Assembly (NCBI RefSeq): GCF_037042905.1
Contig: NC_087249.1
Location: 8,992,001 to 9,056,000, forward strand
Source: Lytechinus pictus
Taxonomy: Eukaryota
Length of the DNA stretch: 64,000 nt
Reading direction: 5' to 3'
Of the stretch, positions 1 through 10,459 are shown piece after piece. The notes under the pieces were generated by a model. It saw only the letters and a program-made list of their open reading frames with translations, did not search any database and was not told the DNA's origin. A program made the position numbers and the translations under genes. Numbering within the stretch: the stretch's first letter is position 1; every line of letters begins with the position of its first letter.

Positions 1-115
1 CAAAAGGGTAAATTTTGTCCCTGTGTGATAATGTACTACTACTGTATTTAAAAATATGCTGATTTTGATTCAGATTACATGAAGGTCTTCCTGATAAAAT
101 CTTTTTGAGAGTTAT

Positions 116-340
116 GGAGCATTGCAAGAAACTAAGAATCGTTTGCAAGTCAATTTGGGTTGGAAAAAACAATCATAAGTCTGGCAATCAATTTGCAAAT
201 TTGCACTTGGTTAATGGTCTACTTCTTCTGACATCAATATTAAAGTAAAAATAAATTTGTTCAAGTTACAATTGATGTACCAATTGTAAATTTGCGTAGA
301 ATAATTGCAAGTGATTGCAAATGATTTCTTGCAACACCCC
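116..340. mobile_element. Short MITE with imperfect terminal inverted repeats
   Basis: Left end GGAGCATTGCAAGAAA and right end TTTCTTGCAACACCCC are imperfect inverted repeats. A similar right end (CTTGCGACACCCC) occurs at about 47310. Confidence 0.6.
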
Positions 341-459
341 ATGTTTTGATGATTAAGTTTGGTGATCGTTCTAGGGTTAGAGTTGTTGAAATTTCCAGTT
401 TTCTAGTTATTAGGGCTAAACCTCATTTAGCTTGGTATTGTTGGCTCTGTTCAGCCTAC

Positions 460-660
460 CTTGAATGATTGATAATCGTCCCTTCCCAGGGTTTCTTCCA
501 TGCTTGACGGAGAAGATGGATGTTGAATAACCCAAAGGTTTGTTTTAGATGCATCATTAAGCATTTCATGATTCCTTGTCTTGAAGGAATTAAAAGACTG
601 AGAAACTGGTAATTGATAGAACTGGTAGGTGGTATACTGAAAGTCATGGATGTGTAGATT
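460..660 (-). CDS. Candidate internal exon of an unidentified minus-strand gene (201 nt, phase 0-0)
   Basis: Minus-strand acceptor ttttctggtgtatattacAG at 662-661 and donor AAG|GTAGG at 459-458. 67 codons are open (NLHIHDFQYTTYQFYQLPVSQSFNSFKTRNHEMLNDASKTNLWVIQHPSSPSSMEETLGRDDYQSFK). No recognisable domain. Confidence 0.4.
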
Positions 661-688
661 CTGTAATATACACCAGAAAAATTTAATT

Positions 689-940
689 AATAATAATAAT
701 AATGATGTGACTTATAAAGAACCAAATCCACTCTGTAGAGTGCTCAAGGCGCATAGAGAGCTAAGAGTTTAAATAAAAAAGTTTTTAGAAGATTTTAGAA
801 AGTTTCGACAGAGGTACATTTTTTTATGTCTTCAGGAAGGCTATTCCACAAAGTGGGGCATGCAAAAGCAAATGATCTTTACCCCCCCCCAAGTTTTGAA
901 ACTTTTGGAATAACAAGGAAGCCAGAAGTGGATGAGTGCA
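689..940 (-). mobile_element. 3'-terminal fragment of an L2-clade LINE
   Basis: Minus-strand translation, with one frameshift and one stop, reads SGFLVIPKVSKTWG/RSFAFACPTLWNSLPEDIKKCTSVETF*NLLKTFLFK, the typical L2/CR1 ORF2 C-terminus. It is followed by a GCGCCTTGAGCAC..TTTATAAG tail and (ATT)n. Confidence 0.8.
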
Positions 941-944
941 AAGT

Positions 945-1330
945 AAAGTAGACCCAGTTGCAGCAAACAATTATTTCATGAGAAAGTCTGTAAAATCAAG
1001 GTTACTTGTCACCATATTTTCATAGATCTAGGTCTGATACCTTAAACATAAACTTAGCTGTGTGAAACCATGAAATCTCAGCTGAAAACCAATATAATTA
1101 TAATGATCACTAACACAAAAAGGCATAAGTGGGACAGTGTATTAATATTGCTTGGAAACATACCTGACATTTTATCGTATTTTGTGCTCATTTCTCAGCA
1201 ATTATACATTTTCTTCCAGAACCATTTGGCACATATTTTTTTTCTCAGATATGCAAACACAGGTGTGGTCATTATTAATATTAGATTCTGTTTAAACACA
1301 TTTTCAGTTCATACCGGCATTTATCTTTAA
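945..1330 (+). mobile_element. Non-autonomous DNA element ending in ...ATCTTTAA (Kolobok-like); related copies at ~13841-14190 and ~55150-55370
   Basis: The internal motif ACAC..A.AGGCA.A.GTGGGACAGTGTATTA and CCATTTGGCACA are shared with 13841-14190. TTAA at the right boundary. Confidence 0.55.
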
Positions 1331-3199
1331 AGATGTGTCAACATTTCTAATCCTTCTCACTGTTGAAGTTGGTAATCGGGGCTCTCAGTGATGGCGCTTT
1401 TTTGACGAGGCTATTGTGTTAGAAGTGGAAATAAATGCATACATTTGAATGGATACTAGTACATGTATGAAATATATCAAATAAAATGGCATATTAAATG
1501 AATTAGGCATTTTTTAAACCAACAATTCTGAGGTTCATATATGTATCATCAACCTGATAGGTTGATCTAAATAAAAAAAAAATTAAGAGAGCGAACTTTG
1601 TTCAAATTGTTGGAGCTAGACTAGAGATAATTTTTCCTACTGAATTTCTATTCATAATGGGGAAGACCATGCCTCTTTCGAGAGATAATGATGATCAGTT
1701 GTTATTGATGGCAATGTATCTGAGTGAAGCAGTAATCCGTTGCGTCAGAGCGCCATCGTTTGGCAGCCTGTGGGTAGGTAGGAAGACGGGGTCTGACCCC
1801 ATGTTCCACCTCTGGTCACATCTGCAGCTTGCCATACTCTCAAAGCGGGAGTCGTAAAACTATGTTTTCTTCCTGAGATGAGTGGGAAGTAGCATCTCCA
1901 CAAACTGCTTACACAGGGAATTGCATGGCAGTAGAAGAACACGGAATAGCTTCCAGATCAACTTGAATTTGATACTTGCTGTATCACACGGATGCAGACG
2001 ATTCACTATTTCTACCTGTCCCGACTCAATTTGTGGCCCGCCCTCGCGGTTTTGTCCGTCGTTTTTCTGTGAGAAAGCCCCCAAGTAGCGCCGCCGTTCA
2101 ACCTGTATTGTGTGGCTAATTATGAAGCATTAGGATACATGCATTATGCAAAGCAAGAAATCCTTTGGATTGAGTTTAACATGAGTCTGCCAGGCAGGTG
2201 AGATTTCATTCACTGCAGATGCACGAGTCGATGTTTTGGCCATCCAACATCCAACTTTTTCCTTTCTCGTTAAGTTCTCTTCATCGGTATCAACGTTGCT
2301 TTTGCCTCCTGCAATTAATGTATATAACTAAGCCAGACACCTTCTAGCTCATCTTCAGTAATAACGCACAAGACTTTACATGACGTTTTAGTATATCGGT
2401 AAACTGGATACGGCTTGCTGTGCATGGAGGAACATTTTCGTACCATGTACATTTTTGCAGTTGTAGATGTGATTACAAGGTACATGTATTAAGTATCTCT
2501 TTGAATAACTTTGTTTCTATTAGGAAGTGGGATTAACTGATTTAAACATCTTTCATCCGGAATATTTGCTTTTCTTGTGCTTTGCGGCATGGAAGTCTGA
2601 TGCGCTCTCGTGACGACGATGAGGGAGGATGTTTCCCACACTGGCTAGTAGGAGTGTTCTCAGACGACCTAATGAATGCTGAAGTGTGTCGAGTCAGTAG
2701 GCTCTGACCTCCGACCTCCGTTTTTGGCTTGGGGGAATGTGGATGTACTCGTGTAGCAGGGAGACTGGATTAGAGAGAAACAGAATAACATCCAAAACTC
2801 ATGTAGTATGTTCAGGGGGAATGTTTAAAGCTCCTGTTTCAAGATTACTTTAAAGGATTCGACTCTGGGAAGGAAGGAGACTGAAGCGTACATTGTGTCT
2901 TGGAAGGAGAGTGAATCGTTCATGTATGAGGAGAATTTTACACAATACCATTGTAGTGAACTGACTTAAATTTCTGAAAGTTATGACATTCACGAATCTT
3001 TTCATGTCACTACTCTGATAAAGGATGAAATTTACAAAGAAAAGAAGCTTATGATACTGAAGTTATTACAAGGATCCTAGTCGAATTTGCTCCTCGTTGA
3101 TTTTCATTGGAGATTTGTTTTGGGCCATCAAGGTCATTTTTGGATAAATGCTGAGCCTTTGGGTGGTAAGTATCAAAACAGTGCTTTAATTGCAAGAAA

Positions 3200-3335
3200 A
3201 AAATTACCGAGGGGGGGGGGGGGGATCGGGATGATTTTGCCCCCCCCCCCCCATGATCCCCTGGAGAGTTGAAAAAAGAGCCCTGGGAAATCCTCACTTA
3301 CTGCAATTTTGCAGTAGTTTGAAAAGTAGCCCTGA
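3200..3335 (+). repeat. Dispersed repeat (G-run/C-run followed by AAAGAGCCCTGGGAAATC...GAAAAGTAGCC); other copies at 46513-46665, 53116-53280 and 63070-63212(-)
   Basis: The same ordered motifs are visible in four places in the window. Confidence 0.65.
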
Positions 3336-4579
3336 AGATTATAAAGAATAACTTTGCCTTGTGTTGTGTTTATTCCCCATGTACATGTATAGTAAGCCCC
3401 ATTTAATCCATATTTACATGTTTATAGTCTTCCAAGGAATAAAATCTTGTGATTGATCAACAATTCAATTTTAAATTATTATGTTTTCAATCTTGTTATG
3501 GATTTCATTTTTTTTGGTTGTTTTTTACATGGGCTATGTAGAATCATTTTGAATTATACTGTCTTCATTTTTTGCTAAAAATTACAGATTTCAACATGCC
3601 CACCATCAACCAATTAGAATCTTTGTTTAGAATTCGTACAATGCTACATGTATACTGTGTGTGTATCGCAGGGACCCACACATTTTCCCAATTAAATACC
3701 TTGCCTCAAAATGTGGAAGTTATCATTGGAGTTCCATTGCATGATTGCAACTATTCATTCAGCCCATCTTTACTCCCTAAATTCACCCTAAAATCTATTT
3801 TAACAGCAAAATGGGTTCAATATCTTCCTACTGTATTATCCAAGATAGTAGAAATATGTATTTTTTAATAATAACTGTAGAATTAGAGAAAAATGATGAG
3901 CTTTTGGCTGGCTGTCAACGACCCTTTTAGAGAGAATTCATTATCATTTTTCTTGATGCCCCAGGCTTCTCACCAGTGGTGAAAAGAGTCTGTGGTTGAC
4001 TGAGATTACAAGCCATTTCCTCTTTTGAAACCCTCACTGTTTTCCTAATACTTGGTGTACTACATTTAATACACTGTATTAAATATTGTACACCCTATCA
4101 GAAGGACAAATCTCTCCATCGTATGGCATTCACCTTCGTCTTGTGTCTTCAAAGTTTCTACACATTTTTTTTCAGGGATATTTTCTTTGTAGATTAAAAA
4201 CACAGAAGGGCAGATTTTCGTTGGGGCATCTTTACAAAATATTTTCAAGGAAAAGTTGTACTTTTCATAGATATTTGAGAACAACATATGTACATGTAAA
4301 TCCAGATGTGTATTTCAGATTTCCATGAATTATTTTATATCTCTCTCGTGTGCTGGTATGTTAATCTTAATTCATGGGCATGACTTTTATTCTTACATTA
4401 AAATGCCCAAATAGGAATTTTGATATAACTAAAGAAATATTGAAAGAATGAATTCCTTGATAGTCTATCAGATTATTTGATCTCTCTCTCTCTCTCTCTC
4501 AGGTGTACATGTACTTTTGTTTGTTCTTCATTCACATTCTTGCATGAAAGTGCCCCATATAGGAAGTTAATATTGATAT

Positions 4580-4882
4580 GTGGAGAGTCATGGCCCAGTG
4601 GATTAGTCTCCGGACTTTGAAACAGAGGGTCGTGGGTTCAAATCCCAGCCATGGCATAGTTTCCTTCAGCAAGGAATTCATCCACAGTGTGCTGCACTCG
4701 ACCCAGGTGAGGTAAATGGGTTCCGGCAGGAAGTAATTCCTCAAAAAGCTGTGTGCACCTGAATAGGTAGCCTAGATTAGCCGGGGTAATTATGATAGCA
4801 GGGCCTGCTGGAAGAACAGTTTTCGGAACTGAAGTGGCTACCCTGGGTAAATTATTATTATTAGTAGTAGTATTATTATTAT
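4580..4882 (+). mobile_element. tRNA-derived SINE (head H1, tail A)
   Basis: A-box TGGCCCAGTGG, B-box GGTTCAAATCCC, core CCTTCAGCAAG...ACCCAGGTGAGGTAAATGGGT, and an (ATT)n-type tail. Confidence 0.9.
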
Positions 4883-5566
4883 AACTGCATGAGAATTATT
4901 GAAATACGAATAAAATTAAAGTCTGTCTTTCAGTTTGACATAAAACTAATTAGCTCTGTGTTACCACATGAATGTATTTTGGTCTAGAGCTACATATACT
5001 TCATGCACGTGACCTTTTTTCTTGTAAAGGCCCAATTAGGAATATCTTGTTGATAAGAATGAACATCTGGAAAGACAAATGGAATAAATATTTTCTTTTC
5101 AATTTCTATAATACATAAAATGCCCTGTCTCTGGTATGCTGTCAGCACATTATGCACATGACTCCCATTTTTTGTCTGAAAAGTCCCAAATAAGACTCTT
5201 AATGAGATTGAGACAAACGAGCGATATCTGCCGAATGCATTGACGCTGAAACGGGGACAGGAAGTGATCAAAAAGGCGCGAGGAAGAATTCAATTTTGGC
5301 ACCCATGTTCGACTCTCTCAGGATTACAGGGTTGAAGGCCATGGGTATTTCCTTTTCAGGCCACCATCCATAACCCGGCCTGTGTCTCAAGTTCACCACC
5401 TCTGAGCAGGCTTGAATGTCCCGTTTTAAAATGCCGATTGTGCTCCAGATGGCCAAACAGATTTTGTGGTACTGTTCTTGGTGAGTTGCTTGTTGTTGTT
5501 TTTGAAGCAACAGTTTGGTGCTTGCTATATTCATATAGATTGTATTGTGGTAGAGCTACATAGGTA

Positions 5567-6276
5567 GGGGAGACCGGGGTTAGTTGGAACATTTTTTACA
5601 AAAATGGCTGTAAAATCCAAATAGATTTTATTCGAGAAACAATCAATATATCAGCTTGAAGCATATATCTAAGGGCTTCAAATGTACCCCATAAAATGTT
5701 TAACTCTATTATGGTTACTGAAATAATCCACCTTGAACAAGACCATCGCAAACGTTCCAACTTACCCCAATACGGGGTAAGTTGGAACATGGTATGGGGT
5801 AAGTTGGAACACTGCATGGTCAATTAAGAATTATACTAAAACTACTTAAAACTGTAATATTACATGGTTTTAGCCTAACAAGCTTTATTTTATTCAAGTT
5901 CAAAATTTTAAAGTGTGGATTCATTGAACTTTATGTTTTCTATTATACAGCCACTCACGCAAGCAGACTGTGTAGTAGAATTCCGCATATTTGGGTGCGT
6001 TTGATTTTACATGCAATTAAGTGTACATGTACTATCAGCAATTTCATGTACATGTACTTCTGCATCAAATTTATAAGACAAAAATTAATTGTTAATATAT
6101 TTTTCATTAATTAATTATGCAAATAAGCATATGAAATTTGCCCTAAATTTGTTGTTTTTTGTATGTTTTTGCCTTTAACTCTATTTATTAAGCTAGTAGA
6201 ATGCTAATTTTTGGTGAGAGTATCAATTTTCACATTTATTACAAATATCCACCCAAAATTGCAAAAAATAAAATTT

Positions 6277-6313
<37 letters not shown>

Positions 6314-7261
6314 TTTGTTTTTCCGATGAACTTTGTCGGGACTCTTTTGCGATCATAAATAGCATAAAATAAATCTATTTGAACCAACAAAAGTAAAAAA
6401 TAATCATACATTTATGACTTTTAGTTGAAAAACACAATTTGCATTGACTTTGTACATGGAATCACGTTTTTGAGCAATTTTGGGTCCGAACATGCACGTA
6501 CAAAATGTTGCGTAATTTCGAAACCGCGAACACAGGCATCGCAAATTTGGTCTCAAATGATGCGCAAGACTTGAAAGTAAAAAGTCAGCGAGCAGTGTAG
6601 TAAAAAAAATTCGCGTGACGGCGTAGTGACGAAATTTCTTGAGGGGGGCTCAAATTGACCCCCCCCCCAGTTTAATAAGGGTTAATATTGCATTAGGGGC
6701 CTACAATAGGCCTTAAATGCACACTCAGACCTAACTGATAAACAAAACAAGCATGGTATACAATACATGTTCAGAAGAGTGTGAAATACTTTATATATTT
6801 TTTTCTCATATCCAATGTTTTTATTCATAATTATGTTTGGGGTAAGTTGGAACATGTTCCAACTAGCCCCTTCAATTTTGTTCCAACTAACCCCGGAGGC
6901 CCATTTGACGTTTATAAGCTTACAGCACAAAAAAGGGACTTCACCATGGCATATTAATAACCTCATTTTGTAGCTTGGTATAAGTGTCTATTATACCCCC
7001 AAACTGGCCAACTTGATCTATTAACTTCTCTGAGATAATCAAACATTTCTGAAAGAGAAAAAAATTACTCTGAAGGTCAAAAAACAAAAATTCCTTTCTA
7101 ACTTCACCAGGCTTGTTGCACAGGTGATGTCTGTAATATGGTGGATGGCTGTTGATAATGACAATAAATTGAGGGCAGTATTGCAGAAATTTATTTTAAG
7201 ACGTTAAAGAAAATTACAATGTTTCAACTTACCCCATGTTCCAACTAACCCCGGTCTCCCC
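5567..7261. mobile_element. Non-autonomous DNA transposon with 25-bp TIRs and TA target duplication (Tc1/mariner-pogo-like by TSD)
   Basis: TA|GGGGAGACCGGGGTTAGTTGGAACA ... TGTTCCAACTAACCCCGGTCTCCCC|TA form a perfect TIR. Internal copies of GGGGTAAGTTGGAACA at ~5774, 5797 and 6839, plus inverted copies. No transposase ORF. Confidence 0.9.
5960..6685. mobile_element. Truncated piggyBac-like MITE nested in the TA element
   Basis: Ends in GGGGGGCTCAAATTGACCCCCCCCCCAGTTTAATAAGGG|TTAA (AGGG terminus plus TTAA). The matching left end was not found, so the left boundary is approximate. Confidence 0.5.
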
Positions 7262-7910
7262 TACTATTCTTGAAACTTTTAGAATTGGGCAATGCCTTTT
7301 TGTGAACTTATTTTGCTAATGTACACCCCTCTTTCACTAAACTTAACATATATTTGCAGTGCAAGGGACTACAGCAATTGGAGGAATATCTTTACAAACT
7401 TTTTAGGTCCTTTTTTTTTTAATCTTATCTGGTCAACTTTTAATAGAAACATTTTCTCAGTTTTGGGATTTGTTCTAGTCAAGAAATAGTAGATTATTAT
7501 TTTAAGCTTTATTTTTAGCTTGGTTTTTCTTTCACAAGATTTTTTGTTTTTGTTCGAGCAGCCATATTTCACCAAAGTTGTAAGGGTCTTCAAAGACAGA
7601 GTTTAACACAGTTGCATTTAAACATTCTTCCTGTTGTTTATAAAAAAAAAATTATGTAAAAGGCAAACATCAATCGCTGAAAAGTATGCACTTTGTAACA
7701 AGATTATGTGACAACATGTTGGCGTGCATCCAGTTCGCACATTAATTGTGTACATTCGAAATAAAGTGAGGGAGAATAAAGCGTCTTTGAAGAATTGCTT
7801 GATCACTCCCTTCGCAGTCATCATATTTTGTTGTTTTATCATTTGATTCATGTTAGGGATTCTGGCTTTAAAAGATAGCTTGAATACATCCCTATAGATC
7901 TTCTCTCCGG

Positions 7911-8188
7911 GGCCCCGTCTTACAAAGAGTTACGACTGATCCAATCAACCTCAATTATATAGAAACCCATCAATGTCATGATTTTTTCTTCAGAAAATTT
8001 GCACAATGTACTTTGTGAACAAAGAGAAGCACACTGAATTGTCAAGAAAATGATAAAATCACAGAATTACACCAATACGTCATATCAAGAAAATATTTTG
8101 AATAAACATGCATTTTAGATGTTGACGTTGCTGGCTTTCCATAATTGTGGTTGATCGGATCAATCACACCGCTTTGTAAGACGAGGCC
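7911..8188. mobile_element. MITE (PIF/Harbinger-like, CWG-type target); partial copy at 13578-13690
   Basis: TIR GGCCCCGTCTTACAAAG / CTTTGTAAGACGAGGCC; flanks CGG and CTG. Confidence 0.8.
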
Positions 8189-8542
8189 CTGATGTGTGGG
8201 TTAATCTTCTATTTCAAGTTCATCTTATTTGATGTCATGCAGTGTCCCACCAAGGCTAGGTTTTGATTGTAATTTGATCTTTATTTCCTCCACACTTGCA
8301 TCTTGTGCAGGTAACCATAGATATGTTAACAGATTTAAAATGGGATGATATGGATTGATTAATCAAATGTTATTGTTCAAATTGGCAATATTTTCTTTTC
8401 ATGATGTGATAATTCAAAATAACAGATGTTCATGCATAAATGTCATGCATGTCTCTGCAAACAAAGAGAGAAAATCATAACATGATAAATTTGAAATTGC
8501 CAATTTAATTGAATATCAAGTTTTTTTTATTGCAACATATAT

Positions 8543-10459
8543 GGGTCAATCTATATCAAATCAACCAATGCTTGTCACCCGACCCCCTCCGATTTTCTTT
8601 AAACTCGCACCAAATGTGCCCCCAAATGTCTGACGGAAAATTCTGGAATATTTTGCCCCAAGGTCAAACGGTTGCTAAGTTACGGCCTCCCTTAGCAACC
8701 AATGTCTGGCCAAACAATAAAGTTTAAATAAAATTAGCTATTTTTGATTGACTGCTGGAGCCAAGTTTGATGACGCAGTGTTCTAATTTTCTGTAAATTG
8801 GAATAACTTTATAGTCTTAACACACACAATATAATATGACATGGATCTGACCAGCAGTTATTGCGCACAAGGTCGCCGAAAATGGTGTTAAGCGTCCAAG
8901 TCAATGTTTTTGGGTGCATGTTTGGAGGCTCATAACTTCCAAATTCAATTAGCTCAGAACCCAATATTATGCATATTTGAAGACTATGACTTGCTCAACA
9001 GACCTACAAAAAATTGGCCCTACCATGTGCGTCAATTTCTTGTAGGGCGCCCTCAAAGTTGGATTTTTTCTAAAAGTTGCCAAGTTCAAGGTCACGAATC
9101 ACCCCTCGTCCCATCCAGGTGCGACCCCAATTTCTGTATACTGATAGACATTTACCTATATTTTAATGGGATACTTAAAATCTTTTGTGACTGAAATGTT
9201 TAATAGCTGGTTTACGCATTCGAAAATGGTCGTAAACACCCCAAAATCGATGTAAAACGACACGTACAAGTTTCAGCACATTTCAAATTGGGATAAATAA
9301 AAAATGAAAAGGGAGCAATCACTGGTATTGTCTGTAATGGTAGTCTGTAATTAGAACTAAAAGGATATGCATCACAAATAGTTTGTCTTATTTGCAATGA
9401 CCTTGAAAAACACAGCTGAAAATCATCAAAAACAATATTTTAATCAGGTCAATTTTCCGTAATGATAGGGCGTTAAAATGTGTTTACACTCACTTTCACT
9501 TGTGTGTCATTTCAATACTAATGGTGACTTTAAGCTGATAATTGCAAATCATGTTCCTTTTCGGTTCTATTTTAGGCTCCAAATAGTACATAAAGTCACA
9601 TCTTTATCTTTTGACCTTGACATTGATCTAAAAATAGAGCTCTATAAATGCCTTAACATTAGCATATTCACAACACATGTGAGCTTTACAACACATTTCA
9701 AAATTGATTTTCTCACAGACTGAATACCTGATCATATGGATATTTGCAGTATTGGTAGTCCATAATGAGTACTTGGAAGATATAGTATTAATTAATTGTT
9801 CTTATATGACAATGACCTTGAAAATACAGCTGAAATTCACACAAAAATTCAATAATCCGCCGATATCCCATTATTATAGGTTGTTTACACCCACTTTCAC
9901 TTGTGTCATTTCAATGCTAATGGTGACTTTAAGCTGATAATTGCAAATCGTGTTCCTTCTGGTTCTATTTTATGCTCCAAATAATACATAAAGTTTTATC
10001 TTTTGACCTTGACATTGATCTAAAAATAGCTGTAAATGCCTTAAAAATAGGCATATTCACAACACCAGTGAGCTTTACAACACATTCCAAAATTGATTTT
10101 CTCACAGACTGAATGCCTGATCATATGGATATTTGCAGTTTTGGTAGTCCATAATGAGTACTTGGAAGATATAGTATTAATTAATTGTTCTTATATGACA
10201 ATGACCTTGAAAATACAGCTGAAATTTATACAAAAAATCAATAATCTGCCAATATCCCATTATAGGTTGTTTATACCAACTTTCATTTTTGTCTCATTTC
10301 AATACTAATTGTGACTTTTAGCTGATAATTACAAATCATGTTCCTTTCTTGTTCAATTTTAAGCTACAAATAATATATAAAGTAATATATGTATATTTTG
10401 ACCTTGACATTGATCTAAAAATAGATTGATTAATTGGTTGATTTGACGTGGATTGACCC
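8543..10459. mobile_element. Non-autonomous DNA transposon with 4-bp ATAT TSD and GGG termini (Sola2-like)
   Basis: ATAT|GGGTCAATCTATATCAAATCAACCAAT ... ATTGGTTGATTTGACGTGGATTGACCC|ATAT. Contains an internal tandem repeat. Confidence 0.85.
9396..10424 (+). repeat. Tandem repeat, ~390-400 bp unit, ~2.5 copies, inside the Sola2-like element
   Basis: AATGACCTTGAAAA..CAGCTGAAA recurs at ~9396, 9811 and 10200. TGTTTACAC..ACTTTCA recurs at ~9481, 9882 and 10268. Confidence 0.9.

Noticed and set aside
4580..4655. tRNA genes at the heads of the seven pol III-type repeats
   Set aside because: A/B boxes are present, but each continues into a shared core and tail, and the copies are diverged. They are SINE heads, not tRNA genes.
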